A stretch of DNA of 64,000 bases from Emiliania huxleyi CCMP1516 (GCF_000372725.1 NW_005201113.1:124001-188000), one strand, 5' to 3'; numbered from the stretch's first letter, positions 23,652 to 36,490 are shown. The notes: generated from the sequence alone by a model not told the origin. A program made the numbers and translations.

Positions 23652-25226
23652 TCACTGCCTGCGCTGCAGGCCCAGCACGTAGAACGTCGCCCAGCACGCA
23701 GAGACAAATCGCACCGGGCCGGGGAGGTGCACCTGACCGACGCGAACGCAACCGTCAGGACAAAACTCGTCGTCCATCTCGTCCGCGTCCTCCTCATCGT
23801 GTCCCCGCCCGCACTGGTTGTGCGAATTGTATCCCCAGGAAAAGGCCCTCCCTTCGTCGTCGATGGCGACCATGTAACCCACGCCAACCGCAACTGATAC
23901 GATGCGTCGCTCTGGCAGCACAATCGTTGGCGTGTCACAATCGATGCGTTCGTCGGTTCCGAGCCCGTGCTCGTTGCCTTGCCCAAAGGTGAGCAAACTG
24001 CCCGCCGATGTCAGAGCTGCACTCAGATTCAGTCCAGCGGCAACCTGAGTCACCGCCAGCGCGCCGTCGACACGCACCGGAGTCGCAGCCCAATCCCCAG
24101 CTGCAGGTTGCCCAAGCTGACCGCGTGAGTTCGATCCGAACGCCCACAGGCTGCCGTCATCGAGGAAGACCAACGAATGGGCGTGGCCCGCAGCCACACC
24201 AGCCACGCGCTTACCTGCCAGCGCGGTGACTTGCGCAAGAGTTCTGACTGTACGCAACGGCTGGCCCAGCCCAAGTCGGCCGTCTCCGCCATCACCGAAC
24301 GAGAACAGCCGCCCACCGTCGTCCGAAATGAGCGCGTGCTCGTCCCCGAGGCTGATCGATGTCACTCTCCCCAACCCCGGCATAGCCACGATTCTCGGGG
24401 AAGAGTCCTCAATCCAGACTGTCTCGTCGTCATCATGGCCGGCGTCGTCCCCGAGCCCGAAGCGGCTCGCTCCGAAGATGCGGAGCGCGCCGGCGTGCAC
24501 CACCGCACTCCGGCCCGTACGCGTGACGGCGATATCGGGCATCCGATCGCCCATGGTATACTGGACACGCCTCGGCTCCATGTCCACTGGGCCACGAGAC
24601 GGTAAGCCGCCGCACGGCGCACGGCAAGCCAAGCCATTCGCAATCGAGGTAGGAGGGGCACCCGCATCAAGATCGTCTCGCGTCAGGCGATAGTGGCCCC
24701 ACGCAAACAAACGGTGGCTCGAGGCTTCTGGTGTATCGCCGGCGATCGCGATGAAGTGCAGCTCGCCGCAAGCAGCTGACGAGAACCGAAGATTGGGAAA
24801 CTGTTCCATCGGATGCTGATTATCTGGGTCGCAGAATTGGGTCGCAGAATTGGGAAAACTCGCCTGCAGGCCTGACGCGTACAGCCGACCATCCCACGAG
24901 AGAGCCTGTTGATAACGACGCTTCCACACGACGTTTGCTCCGTCACGAAAGATTACGTGAGCATTCGTCGGAATCGCCCAAATGTGGTGGCATAATTCTG
25001 CCCAAAGGGCCTGCGCTTGTTCGGCATCGAAGGCGTGGCACACCTGCTCGAGGCGAAGCACGTCACCAGCTTCGAGATAACCAGCACTGCACGCAATTTG
25101 GATTGCGAGCTCCACCGCCTCATGGACGGCCGTGCCAGACGCGTCGCACGCACGCGTACGCGTCGCGGCGGCCGCGAGGAAGCTCTGCGACATTGAGCGC
25201 GTGCGCATCCGTCGAGTCTGGTTCAT
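23652..25226 (-). CDS. RCC1-repeat protein with an F-box-like N-terminus
   Basis: Repeated GxxH...G.L(F/W)xFG.G..G.LG blades; LEQVC..F..LW..LC N-terminal motif. Confidence 0.85.
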   Translation of the reverse strand: MNQTRRMRTRSMSQSFLAAAATRTRACDASGTAVHEAVELAIQIACSAGYLEAGDVLRLEQVCHAFDAEQAQALWAELCHHIWAIPTNAHVIFRDGANVVWKRRYQQALSWDGRLYASGLQASFPNSATQFCDPDNQHPMEQFPNLRFSSAACGELHFIAIAGDTPEASSHRLFAWGHYRLTRDDLDAGAPPTSIANGLACRAPCGGLPSRGPVDMEPRRVQYTMGDRMPDIAVTRTGRSAVVHAGALRIFGASRFGLGDDAGHDDDETVWIEDSSPRIVAMPGLGRVTSISLGDEHALISDDGGRLFSFGDGGDGRLGLGQPLRTVRTLAQVTALAGKRVAGVAAGHAHSLVFLDDGSLWAFGSNSRGQLGQPAAGDWAATPVRVDGALAVTQVAAGLNLSAALTSAGSLLTFGQGNEHGLGTDERIDCDTPTIVLPERRIVSVAVGVGYMVAIDDEGRAFSWGYNSHNQCGRGHDEEDADEMDDEFCPDGCVRVGQVHLPGPVRFVSACWATFYVLGLQRRQ

Positions 25227-25291
25227 GCTTGCCGCGCGCCACAGCTATTGCATGCAGGCGAGATCGCGCCCGAGCTCCGCCTGCCGCACCA

Positions 25292-25752
25292 GCGAGCGAG
25301 TTCTTTACGAGTACCAGGTTGCAACCCTTGTTCCGCACTGTGCTGTGAACAGAGCACCAACCAACAGCTCTCAGGACCCCCCGGTGCTGGGGTGCTGCCA
25401 GCAACCAACCAAGTCGAGCGGAGCAGCGTCGTTCCGATGTTTCGGCGGGCACTTCTCACCTAAGTCCTTGTGGCGGGCCGCCAGGCCCGGAAGCAGATGC
25501 CGACGAGGATCAGACACGGCGCGCTATCTGGGCTCGGAGGTCGGCAAAAAGGTTGCGCAACCGACACCAGCGACCAGGATCGTCGATCGAGGTAGGTGCA
25601 CGCTGCTGAAGCAGTGCACCTACATAGTGCGGGACCTGGGGCAGCAACCAACAACCTGGATGGGGACGGGGTGCTGCTCAACCGGCGGCAAACAGCAGCG
25701 TTCACAGCCGAGTGCGGAACAAGGGTTGCAACTTGGTAAAGAACTCGCTCGC
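25292..25752. repeat. ~55-bp inverted repeat pair (possible MITE) between divergent genes
   Basis: gcgagcgagttctttac...ttgcaacccttgttccgcact versus its reverse complement at ~25700-25752. Confidence 0.6.
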
Positions 25753-25965
25753 AGTCGGCGCAGCCGATGTCTCTCTCTCTAATCCTCACTCCATCTCATT
25801 CTTTTCGCACAACGTGCGAGGGAGCTGAGGGCGCTCGTTGTAAAATTCTTTTCGCAAACGTGCGTCCGCTGCGGGCATTGCGACCTAGCCGTGGAGACGA
25901 ACGCGCAACTGCTGACCTTTCCTTCAACGGTGGACACGAACGCGTCGAGCGATAGCGCGGCCACC

Positions 25966-27816
25966 ATGGCACGGCGGGCTCTGCCTCCTCGGCCAGACGC
26001 TGCAGACGGGCCGTTCCTGCGCATGATCACCGTCAACGACATCTACATCCTCGACAACTATCCGCGCCTGGCAACGGCGTTAGCCTCTGCACGCTCCGGG
26101 GCGGAGTCGATTGGTGCGGTGGTGACGACGCACCTCAATGGAGACTTCCTAAGTCCATGCACCTTCACCGCGCTGGACGGCGGCAAGGTCATGTCGGAGG
26201 CGCTGATCAGAGCAAAAATTGACTATGTCTGCCTCGGAAACCACGAGTTCGATATCGGAGCTGCGGCGCTTGCGGGCAAGATTGGGGGCATCCACAGCAC
26301 CACGTGCTTGAACTCAAACATCGACGGCCCAGAGCTGGTAGACTTGCCCACATTCGCCACCGTTAGCGTGGGGGCGCGCACCGCAGTCTTTGGAGGCTAC
26401 GCGACCAATGATCTCTCCTGCTATCGGCCCTCATCTCGGCCAAACGTCAGCCCGATCGATGCGTCCGCCTTTCGGCAGACCTGGCAGCAGGCGCTAGCCT
26501 CGCTCGGGGAGAGGGCAGCCTCTGCAGCGTTGTTCGTACCGATGACTCATCAGCTTGTCCCTCACGACCGCGCTTCGGCCGAGAGCCTCGCGGAGGAGGA
26601 CCCACAACTCGCGGCGCTGACTCCGATCATCCTGGGCGGCCATGAGCACGACATCTTTGTCGAGACGGTCGGCCGGTCCACTGTGGTCAAGGTGGGGCAG
26701 GACGCAGAACGGATTGGGGTCGTCGACATCTGGTGGGATCTCGGGGGCGAGATGCACACGCGCGTGGAGCTCCTGCCGGCCGCTGCGTTTGAGCCGGACG
26801 GGGAGGTGCTGGCATGGGTCTCGACGCAGGCGGCTTCACTCGACAGGATGATGTCGGTGCCGCTCTTCGCCGTGCCTGAGCCCGCTGTTACGCGCTACTC
26901 GTCAAAGCTAGTGCGCTTCGAGGAGTCACGGCTCGCGACGCACCTCCTCTCTCTCATCAAGCGCGGCCTGCGCCGCGATGGCGTCGAGCTGGTGGTGCTG
27001 CAGGCGGGCGCCGTGCGCGGCAAAGCGGATTACCAGGCCGCACCCTTCACGCTCGGCGACCTCTTCTCCGAGCTCGCCTTCGAGTGCGAGCTCGCGCTCG
27101 TGCCTCTGCCCGGAAGGGTCCTCGCAGAGTCGGTCCGGTCTACTCGCTCTCGACCGACACCCAACCCCACCTTCCTCCACCTCGATGAGGACGCGCGATG
27201 TCGAAGGGACACACATGAGCTCACGGAAATCAATGGGGCGCCGCTGGAGCCCGACCGGCTCTACATGGTGGCGATCTACCAGTACCTCTTGACTGGGATG
27301 AACAGCGTCGAGCCGCTGATGACGTATGTCCGCGCGGGCGGTGACGAGCGCAACGCTCTTGTGGTGCCCGACCTCGAGGCCTGTCCACCCGCCAAGCAGC
27401 TCATCATCGAGGCGCGTGGCACCTGCACTCCCCTCTCAAGCGCGCGCTCTCGCACCCAACCGCCCCTCCCTCGACCCCGCAAGGTGTGCATGAAGGATGC
27501 CTGGAAAGAGTTGCTCGGCGAGCAAGCTTTGGAGAGGCCCAGCTCGACCGCCACTGACGAGGGCGAGCCGACGACTGGGGAGGATGCCAGAGAGGCGGAG
27601 AGGCCGAGGCTGCCATCGCGCCTGTCCCACGTCTTCGCCGACGTGGCATGCGATCAATCCAAGGTGATCCGGGAGGATGACCTGAGGAATTTTGTGGCGC
27701 GCCGGGGCCTCGAGCGGCGCGGTACGTTGCTCCTGGCTCACATGATCCAGAGTCTCGACCAGGATGGCGACGGGTGCGTGTCTCGCAAAGACTTCGACGC
27801 CCTAGTGCAGTTATGA
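25966..27816 (+). CDS. 5'-nucleotidase/apyrase family metallophosphoesterase with C-terminal EF-hands; GC-AG intron 27412-27483
   Basis: NDIY, GDFLSP, GNHEFD, THQ, GGHEH motifs; 5'-nucleotidase C domain; DQDGDGCVSRKDF. Confidence 0.9.
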   Translation: MARRALPPRPDAADGPFLRMITVNDIYILDNYPRLATALASARSGAESIGAVVTTHLNGDFLSPCTFTALDGGKVMSEALIRAKIDYVCLGNHEFDIGAAALAGKIGGIHSTTCLNSNIDGPELVDLPTFATVSVGARTAVFGGYATNDLSCYRPSSRPNVSPIDASAFRQTWQQALASLGERAASAALFVPMTHQLVPHDRASAESLAEEDPQLAALTPIILGGHEHDIFVETVGRSTVVKVGQDAERIGVVDIWWDLGGEMHTRVELLPAAAFEPDGEVLAWVSTQAASLDRMMSVPLFAVPEPAVTRYSSKLVRFEESRLATHLLSLIKRGLRRDGVELVVLQAGAVRGKADYQAAPFTLGDLFSELAFECELALVPLPGRVLAESVRSTRSRPTPNPTFLHLDEDARCRRDTHELTEINGAPLEPDRLYMVAIYQYLLTGMNSVEPLMTYVRAGGDERNALVVPDLEACPPAKQLIIEARGTCTPLSSARSRTQPPLPRPRKVCMKDAWKELLGEQALERPSSTATDEGEPTTGEDAREAERPRLPSRLSHVFADVACDQSKVIREDDLRNFVARRGLERRGTLLLAHMIQSLDQDGDGCVSRKDFDALVQL

Positions 27817-28476
27817 TGCAGGGGACCGTGTTGCCGATGCATGTGGTGCGCGGCGGTCTGCTTGCACAGCGCGCGGCTGCGGGTTCGTTCGCGCGATCGC
27901 CGGCGCACTCGCGCGGTCAAAGCATGGGAGCGAGCTTGGGCCTTAGCGCTTTTACCATCGCGCGCGGTGCGGCTTCCCGCATCCCGGTGCGGCGTGTCGC
28001 GTGTTCGGTGTTCGTTTTTTGTGCTCCTCCGCTCCCGCCTCCGCGCTCCGGCTCCTCCCGGCGCGCGGTGTCCCGGAGAGAGGCGAGAGCTCTCTCTCTC
28101 TCTCTCTGTCTCTCTCGGGGTCTGGAGAGTAGAGGGTAGAGACCCGTACGTGACAGTGCAGACAGGGTGCCCCGGACGTGTTTGCGCTCAGGAGCGCGGG
28201 GGGTAAGCACGATACTTGTACAGTACTTGTAGGTTCCTGTAGAGTGCTCTTGTGCGCATACAGCTTTACTTGTACACATTCGATGACCTCGGACGATACT
28301 ATCTACAGACTGCCCTCTTCAAGGCAGCCTGCGGGTCGGACCTTTCCTACCTTGAGAGTACTGACTATGTTACGGCGCAAAGCTACTTGACCTCCTCTAC
28401 TCAGTAGCGCCGATTCACGCTGCAGGCCAGCCTCCTACTTGCGTGGCGAGTAGCGCCTGCAGGCCAGCTGAGTCTC

Positions 28477-31165
28477 CTACTCAAAGTGGGCCGGCCGCGG
28501 AATGTCGAGCACGAGCACCACGCGGTGCACCTGATCACAGCACCCGTGAATGAAGCGACTGCTCACCTGGCGGAGGACGAGCACCGCGCAAGTGCACACG
28601 CCCCGCTCCCCGCGATGTGGGGCGATCGGTGCACGATGCCGGGGTGGTCGAGGAGCTTGCCGCCTAAGCGCAAGAGAGGGGCCAGGGAGGCTCGACAAGT
28701 CGCGAGAGAAGGGAACGAAGAGGTGAGGAGAAAGCAATCACCCAGGGTGGTCTCGCCACGCCCCTTGAAGAGAGCGACGTCGTGGTGGCAGAGGGACTGC
28801 GCCTGCGCCGAGTCTGCGCGCCGGCGGCGCAGCGTCGCCTCGGAGAGGTCCGGGTGCACCTGTTCAGAGCTCCAGGTTGTGAGACAGCTGTCCACAGCAG
28901 CACCCGTCTTGGAGGGCAACAGTCCGAGCGCACCCACTCCGTGCAAGGGCCGCGGTAGGTTGTCAGAAGACGGTACGAGACGGAGTCCTGGTGCCAGAAC
29001 TCGCACCCGTTGTCGTCGAGGCGCTCGAGCTTGACAAAGACGTCCTGCGACTGCGTGAGCTGAGCAAAGGTGCGCACAAGCGTGCCGACGTCTCGCGCGA
29101 GCTCCTCCACCTCTCCAGGGAGGAGGGTGAGCTTCCTCTGCGCGCGCAGCTCTGCCCGCACCGCGTCGGCCGCGCCGCTCGCCGCCACGACCCCCTCGAA
29201 GCGCGGCAAGCCCGAGGGAGCGATGGTCGGGTCCGAGAGCGTCGAGACGAACTTCGGGACGGACCTGCGCCGCCACACGGCCAGCTGTACCGCCTCGTCC
29301 TTGATTCGGGCGAGGCCGGCGGCGCTGCCGACGACGACGATCTTGTCCGTCGGCGCTGCGGAGGGCGGCGCCGCGGTCACCGCGAGAAGCTTCGGGTCCA
29401 CGGCCGGCGCAACGTCGTCGTCCGCCGACTGGTCGTCCTCCGCCGACTGGTCATCCTCCGCCGACTGGTCGTCGTCCGAAGTCGAGTCGTCCCGCTGCTT
29501 GCGCTGCGCCGCTGAGGAAGGGGAGACCTTGTCCTCCCACTCCTGCCACGCCTCCGCCCCCAGCTCAAACTCCGCCCTCGTCACGAGCGCGCGGCGCAGC
29601 TCCGCGAGCACGGCCTCCTCGTCTGCGTCCATCCCAACCATCCCGAGCTCAATCCTCCGGTCGCCGTGCTCGGCGGCGCTTGCCCAGGCTGGCACGGCAG
29701 CGGGCCACTGGTCCACGGGCAGCGTCGCGTGCAACCACGGCTCGCCCGGTGACAGGTCCAGCGCATTCCCCACCTGGCTCCACGAGATTGCATCCTCGGG
29801 ATGCGTCGCCACCCAGATGATGCCGCACGAGCGGACCACGCCGTCGAGCCGGCCGCGCTTGAGCAGCTTGTGGAGTCGGCCGGGGTGGAAAGGCCGCCTC
29901 GCGAAAAAGGTGAAGCGGCTCATCGCCGGTGGCACCCACTCCTCGCTGCCCTCCTCCTCGCTGCCCCCCTCTCCGCCCTCGCTGCCTGTGCTGTCGCCAT
30001 CCTCCTCGCTGCCCTCCTCTCGCTCCTCCTCCTCGCTCTCGCCCTCGCTGCCGTCCTCCTCCTCCTCCTCCTCCTCCTCCTCCTCCTCCTCCTCGCCTCC
30101 ACCCTCCGCGCCCTCCCCCTCCTCCCCCGCCACCCCGCGAGCCGCGACCAGTGCCGCCCAGCACCCGCCCCGCTCCGCCGGCGCCCGGCCCTCTGATGCC
30201 GATGTTGCGAGGCGCTCCACCAGACCCCCGCCTATTGTCATGCCATGACCTTGGTATTGTTGGGCGGCGAACGGGTCCCACGCCTCCGCCGCCCTCGCCA
30301 TGGCCCTCGCCACGACCGCTGTGCCGCACGACGGCGGCCGACGGGTTGAGCGCGCGCAGCATCGCCTCGAGCATCTCGAGCTCGTCCGCGTCTGCAGCCT
30401 CCGCGTGGCTCAGCGCAATCACGTCTGAGAGGGGAGCGAGCCCACGGACCCGCGTCAGCCGTTGTGCGCGGCGTGAGCGTGGGGAAGACGGGGAAGAAAG
30501 AGGCGTGTCTCTCCACGCGAGGAGTGGTGCCTCACCGGCGCTCTCCACGCACTCCGCCAGCACCTCGCAGCGCTTCTTGTCTCGAAGGTGCGCGCGGAGG
30601 TCCGTCTTTGCAGCCTGGTGGTGAATCCAAGAGGTGGTGCCGGACATCCGTCTCTGTGCAGGGGTGCACCGGAGGGGGAAGCTGGGCGGGCGAGATGGTG
30701 CTGCGCGTGAGTATGTGCGTGGTGTGCGGTGTGAGCGGTCGCCTCCCGAAGCCGCGGCGGCAATGCTTCCACGCTCTCCCACTCGTCGAGGAAGCTGCGC
30801 GTGTCGATCACACACAGCAGCTTGGGAGACGACGAGCCGGACGCCTCCACCGCCGCCGCCACCCGCGATGGCTGCGCGAAATCGTGCGCAACGATGACAA
30901 TGCTCCCGTCAGGCAGATGCGGCACCTCCGCCGCGTACTCGGCAACCTCGAAAGCGCCGCCAGCCTTCTTTGAAACGGCCCGCTTTGCCGCCAGATCGCC
31001 AACGAGCACGGACGCCGCCTTCAGCTCTTTGAGGAGGCTGCAGGCGACTGCCACCTTGCCGTCTGCGTAGAGGCCGCAGACCAGGCAGATCAGCGGTTCG
31101 CCGCGGCGCTGCTTGGAGGGCGCTCCAGCAGCCTCGACAGCGCGTGAGGAGCGGCGCTTTGACAT
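28477..31165 (-). CDS. CobW/COG0523-like (degenerate GTPase) + CobW_C + DUF1826 fusion, multi-exon
   Basis: VIDTRSFLDEW, RALNPSA, FARRPFHPGRL..VVRSCG..WVA, GDRRIELGMVG; CEFWHQDSVSYRLLTTYRGPCTEW, VALFKG, IVHRSP. Confidence 0.8.
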
Positions 31166-31439
31166 GCGACCAGGTGGTGGCAGGCGGCGGCGGCAGCTTT
31201 AGAGGCGTCCCCCGGGGTGTGGAGGGTGAAACCGGCGCGGCGGCAGGGAGGGCGGGGCAGCAGAGAGGGCGGGCTCAAAGGGTGCTCGCAACACGCTCCG
31301 CGTTTTCTCTTTTTCAGTTTTAAATTTCTCTTTTTCTCCAATCGACAGAGTTATGTGTACGCCAACTCAGGGTGTGTGGCAGCCACGCTGGCTGTGTGTC
31401 CTGTGAGCTTGTTTGTGTCTGTGTGTTGCTCGATTGCTC

Positions 31440-31489
<50 letters not shown>

Positions 31490-31509
31490 CATCATCCTCT
31501 CATCATCTG

Positions 31510-31539
31510 AGAGAGATTTTTAGCAATACCAAACGTTGT
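31510..31539 (-). mobile_element. 30-bp micro-insertion with TSD
   Basis: Flanked by tcatcatctg at 31500-31509 and 31540-31549. Confidence 0.75.
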
Positions 31540-31573
31540 TCATCATCTGTCCCGCGTCCACCCATTTCGCCAT

Positions 31574-32809
31574 TTGGGCTAGAGCAGGTTTTCCGGAAAA
31601 CAAAAAGGAAAACAGAGGGTCCCCAGCACTTTGCGTTTCCGGAAATTTCCAGGGAAAACAGAGGGTGTTTGGTGCTCCATTCTGGAAACTCGCGAGTTTC
31701 CCTGAGTCTGAGAGCTGGTCTGGGGCAAAATCTGAGGCAAAATTGAGGAAATCGACAAAATACGCATTACTAGCTCCGAGTAGAGGGTGCGTTCTGCTGC
31801 TAGGGGAAACCCGGAGCGCGGTACTATCCCTCGGAGACCCGTGTTATGGCCCTGCGAACGCGCACCCCCGGGGCTAGGGCTCTCTTGCCCGCAACCCGAT
31901 CCCGATCATCCGGCCCGCTGGGTGCGCTCCTTAGCTCCCCGGCCCTGGATGTGAGGCTAATGACTGCACTCCAAGTGCTCCAAATACCCAGGCGGTCGCA
32001 GGGTAAGCGGGCGCGCTGAGGTTGCACGCCAAGCCAAGTTATATGCCAAGGGCGTGCGATCGAGAATCGGCTCACGCACCTCTGCTCGCGTACCCTCACC
32101 CATAGAATTGTCACCGCCAGTGAGTGCGAGATAGGGCTGGCCGCTGGCGGCTAGCCCCTGAGGAGAGTGACCAGAGACACCTCACATGACCCCACACACG
32201 GTCTAGTCCGGCCTCGCGGTCGGCGGAGATTGCTAGAGGACGAGCAAGCCTGCTCGAGCCTCGCACGTTGCTTCCTGTCGTCTGTTGTTTGTTGTGCCCT
32301 TGTTTGTTTCTCTTGGCACCTTGGAGTGCTGGGGGGGGCGACAGGAAGAATGTGGCCCTGAGTTATGTATACGCCAACTCAGGGTGTGTGGCAGCCAGCT
32401 GGCTGGGTGTCTTGTGAGCTTGTTTGTGTCTGTGTGTCGTTCGTGCGTGTCGTCATCATCTGTCTCGCGTCCACCCATACCGCGTTGGTGTCCAGTCCGA
32501 GCCTGGCTGTTCTTCACCTTTCTACCTACCTACCTAGTTCCAGGTATACACGGGTTCTCCGCGCAAAATTCCCGGCATTTTGCCGATTTGGCCTAAAATT
32601 TGGCTGATTTTGGGCCCAAACCAGCCTCAGACTCGGCTCAGCGCCCAAAATTTGACGATAGGATTTCCACGGAGTTTTTCCGAAAATAGAGAGGAAAAGA
32701 GAGGGTGTTGTCGAGAAAAAAGGAAAGGAAAAACAGACGGGGTGCGAGAGGCAAACCTGCTCTAGCCCAACGCACCCACACCGCGAGAGGCAAACCTGCT
32801 CTAGCCCAA
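31574..32809. mobile_element. AT-richer DNA-transposon-like segment with inverted ends, containing a nested (CTAC)n-tailed repeat
   Basis: ttgggctagagcaggttt at 31574 versus aaacctgctctagcccaa at 32753 and 32792; interior 32540-32620 resembles 41400-41510. Confidence 0.55.
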
Positions 32810-33377
32810 CATGGTACCATGATCGCATGAGTGGTGTCCCCTGCACTGGCCGCTACTGTCATGACCTTGTCCTTGATCAACACGCATTTTATTGGCTGAA
32901 CGAAACCGGTAAGAACCGCCCGCGCGCACGACCCTTTGGACATTCGATTGGAGGGGCGAAACCGGAGAATCTCACACCGTTCCGTGGAACCGTAAGAATA
33001 AAACACACGGTCAAGAACTCTCCGCGTTTAGGTTTACCCATCTCACAAAACAGAGGTGTGTCCGTTTTTATTTATTTATCCGCGTGGCGGGCTTTTTCGG
33101 GCCGTGAGAGGTCTGAGCGCTAGTCTGAGCGCGGAGACGAGAGATGAGATTTAGGGACCGTTGTATCTTGTCCATAGTCGTTGTTGTACATAAAAAGTAC
33201 ATAGTATGTGCGCTCTGCGCCGTGCACACACACTGGGCCAGTGAGTCAGATGCCGAGTTGCCGACGGTACTGTGTCCCGATCTAATCGAGCCCGACTACT
33301 GTCAAAAGCAAGTGACTCATGCATGCGACTCAGCCCGAGGGCGGGGGGCGCCGTGGTCGGGGAGCGACCGCGATGGC

Positions 33378-34106
33378 TCACGCCCCCGCGCCGCCCAAGA
33401 TGCGGGCAACGACGTACTTGGGCAGTCGGCCCTCCTTCTCAGCCAGGAGCAGCCGCGCACGGTACCGCTCCTCTGCCGTGAGCGGGGTCAGGTCGTCGTC
33501 CGACGGGCTGGTGCGCCTGCGCTTAAACGGCGAGCGCGACGCCGCCGCGGTGGGGACAGACATCGGAGGCGAGAGCGGCGGGGACGGTGGCGGCGGCATT
33601 GCCTTGGTGGTCTGTAGCAGGGGCGCAGCGGAGAGCGGGATGTGCGTCCTTAGCGATATGGGCACGGCTTGGGCCACGGGCAAGCCCATGATCCGCTGAG
33701 GCGTCATCTGGCCAAAGGCGTGCGGGAGCTTGCGGTAGGCTGAGTCGACGGCGGCAACCATCGCCTCGACGCTCATGCTAGAGATTTGGTTGTGCCGCAG
33801 CAAAACTTCAATCGTGGCAGAGGTGAGCCAACACGCTTCCGACTCGAGCTGCACGGTTGGTGGTGCGGGAGGTGAATCAGCGGCGAGGCTGCTGCAGGTC
33901 GTCATAGACTCTACCGAAAAAGCGAGCTCGGGCCGTGACAAGGCGAACTCGGTTTCACCACTTTCCGAGAGAGCGCGTCTCGGCTCGGCAGTCGTTTTCA
34001 CCACTTTCCGAGAGAGATGACCGACAAGCACCACGTATGAACAGGTGGGTAATCTTGTAATAAATAAATGCGACGTCGTCGGGGAGGGCGTCGTCGCGGG
34101 CGCCAA
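33378..34106 (-). CDS. Hypothetical protein
   Basis: 242-aa ORF, no recognised family. Confidence 0.25.
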   Translation of the reverse strand: MAPATTPSPTTSHLFITRLPTCSYVVLVGHLSRKVVKTTAEPRRALSESGETEFALSRPELAFSVESMTTCSSLAADSPPAPPTVQLESEACWLTSATIEVLLRHNQISSMSVEAMVAAVDSAYRKLPHAFGQMTPQRIMGLPVAQAVPISLRTHIPLSAAPLLQTTKAMPPPPSPPLSPPMSVPTAAASRSPFKRRRTSPSDDDLTPLTAEERYRARLLLAEKEGRLPKYVVARILGGAGA

Positions 34107-34951
34107 CGTGGTCAGTCATGCGAGCCCCTACGGCAGGTCCAAGGGCACGTCTGGGTGGCCAGGGGCGGGGGACGAGCCGTGAGTGCTCCGCCGGGGCGAG
34201 CTTCTGGGTCCATGGCACCGCTGCCGGACCCGTCCGAGAGCCTCTCCGGACACGTTCGCTCGACGGCCTAGTTGGCGGCCGATGTTCGACGACTAAAGCT
34301 CCGGACGCCGCGGCCAAAGGTCCGCCCGCGGCCCCAGGACTCGTGGTGGGTGTGGGGTGTGCCTCACGAGGCGGAGAGGCCGCGTGAACTCCCGTAGAAG
34401 CTCGCGAAGTGCGGATTTGGAGCGCCGTATGGGCCTGGCGCCCAGCACACGTGCTCGGGCGCTCTCGCAGTGTGCGCGCACAGACCGTTAAGGGCCCTTG
34501 ACCTCTCGCTCCTCGCGACCTACCTCTCCCGCTTGCCGTCCACGCCGAGGCTCCGGCCGCAGCCAGCGCCCGCCGCCGCGCCCGCCGCCGCGCCCGCCGC
34601 CGCCGCGCACGGGGAGGCGACGTGGGAGGGGTCGTTGCTGCTCTGCGGCTGATTGACGACTCGCTCTGCCTCTCAGCGGTCGAGCGCACGCGGGACGGCT
34701 TCCTCTCCGCGATGGGGAGCGGCTTCCCGCGGTACGGAGGCGCGACCAGCGTCGCGAAGACGTGCGTGAAGGTCGAAGCCCTCCTTCTTTTGCATCTTGG
34801 CTCCGACCCCGTAGAAGGAGAACTACGTAAGTCGTAACCTCCCGGTACCCGGAGATTGGCGTTGGGGCGCGACACCGATGCGGATTCGGGCGAAATGGCC
34901 GCTTTTTTTTGGTCCTCAATCGATGTACTCTCCTCTCTCTCCACGAAGGGC

Positions 34952-36490
34952 TCAGAGCGCGGGCCTCCTCTCGAGAGGGCACGAGTCACTGTACAAGACA
35001 CCCTTGATCATCAGCTCGTGGTAGTGGAGCTTCTTGAGGGCAACCTCCTCCGACCGCCGCTTGTCGCCGTCTAGGTCGCCGGGAGCGTAGTTCTCCCTGC
35101 TCGGCGTCTCGAATGCGAGCAGCCCGCTCGCCCCCATCAGGCCCGAGTGCGGCCACGCCGCTCCGTGTGATTCGCGGTACGTGACGTGGAGGCTCGCGTT
35201 GGCTCGCCCGGAGGCTCCGGCCGCGGCCGCCGGGCCGGACGGGCCGAAGAAGCCCACAGGCCAGCCGGTCTCGTCAGCCGGCTCTGCCTGGAGTGGCGGA
35301 TACGTGGGCACTGCGCCGCGGCGGCGTGCTCTCTCGGCTGTCGAATCGCCAAGCAGCGTCTGGCGGTAGCAGTCCGCGAGCAGCGAGGGCCCAGTGACCT
35401 ACGGGAGGCGAAACGAGGGGTGGCAACGGAAGGGTGGTGACGCCGGCTGCAGCGAGGCGGCGAAGGAGGAAGGCCCGAGTCGGTGGCGGTCGGAAGGTGA
35501 GGATGGAGAGGGGTGGTGGCACAGGGGAGTCGCATACGGCGGTGGATGGATAGGGTGTAGGTTAGTGGACCGCGCGCCTGCAGCGGATAGCGAGACGAGA
35601 AGCGAGTGCGGACATGGCCGATGATGCCGTCGAGCATGCACTTGAAGAGCGGATGCCCCGGCTCGCCGCCGAGGATCTTCATCTGCATGCCGGGCACAAC
35701 CGCGTCTCCGAGCCGGTGCGGCGGCAGCGGGAGCTGAGGAATATCGTGCCCGAGAGTGGCACCGTCGCACATGTCCACGGCCTCCGGGATGCTGACCGCG
35801 AGCATGATGTCGGTGTCCAGGTACACCCCACCGTCCGCATGCAGCGCGCAGTACCGGAAGAGGTCTGCCCGGTACGCCGGCGCGACAAAGCACTGGTACG
35901 CCGCATGGGCCGCCTCGCCGCACCGCGCCTTTACATACTCCGCCGCCGCCTCGTCGCCGAGATAGCGCAGCTGGAAGTCGGGATTCCTCGCCGCATTGCC
36001 CACCACGGCAGGAGGCGGGCTCGCGTCCTTGCCGACGGCGTGGTATAGCTTGGGCACCCGCCATGCAGAGCAGCGCTGGCTCTTTGGCGTGTCGAGAGGC
36101 AGCCTCAGGTACTGATCGCACAGGTCCCAGAACCGGAGCCCCGGCTTGCGAGCCTCGACCTGCGCGAAGGGCCAGTCAGGTCAGGCTGTGCCGTGCACAA
36201 ACGCACCGCAAAAAACGCAGGCCGCACGCCTTTAGGCATGGGGAGCTCATAAAGAGCCGGTGCGGACGGACGACATAGGCGGCGGCAGCTCCGGCGCACA
36301 CCAGCAGCACCGCCAGCGTCCGAGTTGCCGGCTGCCGCAGGCGGCTGCCCGGCGGCTGCTTGCCAATGGAGCGGATTGGCGACGCGAGGAGACTGCTGAT
36401 CCTGGAGGTGCCGGTGCGAGGCGAGAGCTGCAGGTCCGAGTCGCGCCGCTCGAGGGTGGCGCGGAGCGGCAGGTCGTCGGGGTGGTACAT
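34952..36490 (-). CDS. Type II membrane glycosyltransferase, DXD (GT32-like); two introns
   Basis: N-terminal TM, VPKLYH, RADLFRYCALHADGGVYLDTD, PGHPLF, VTGPSLL. Confidence 0.88.
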
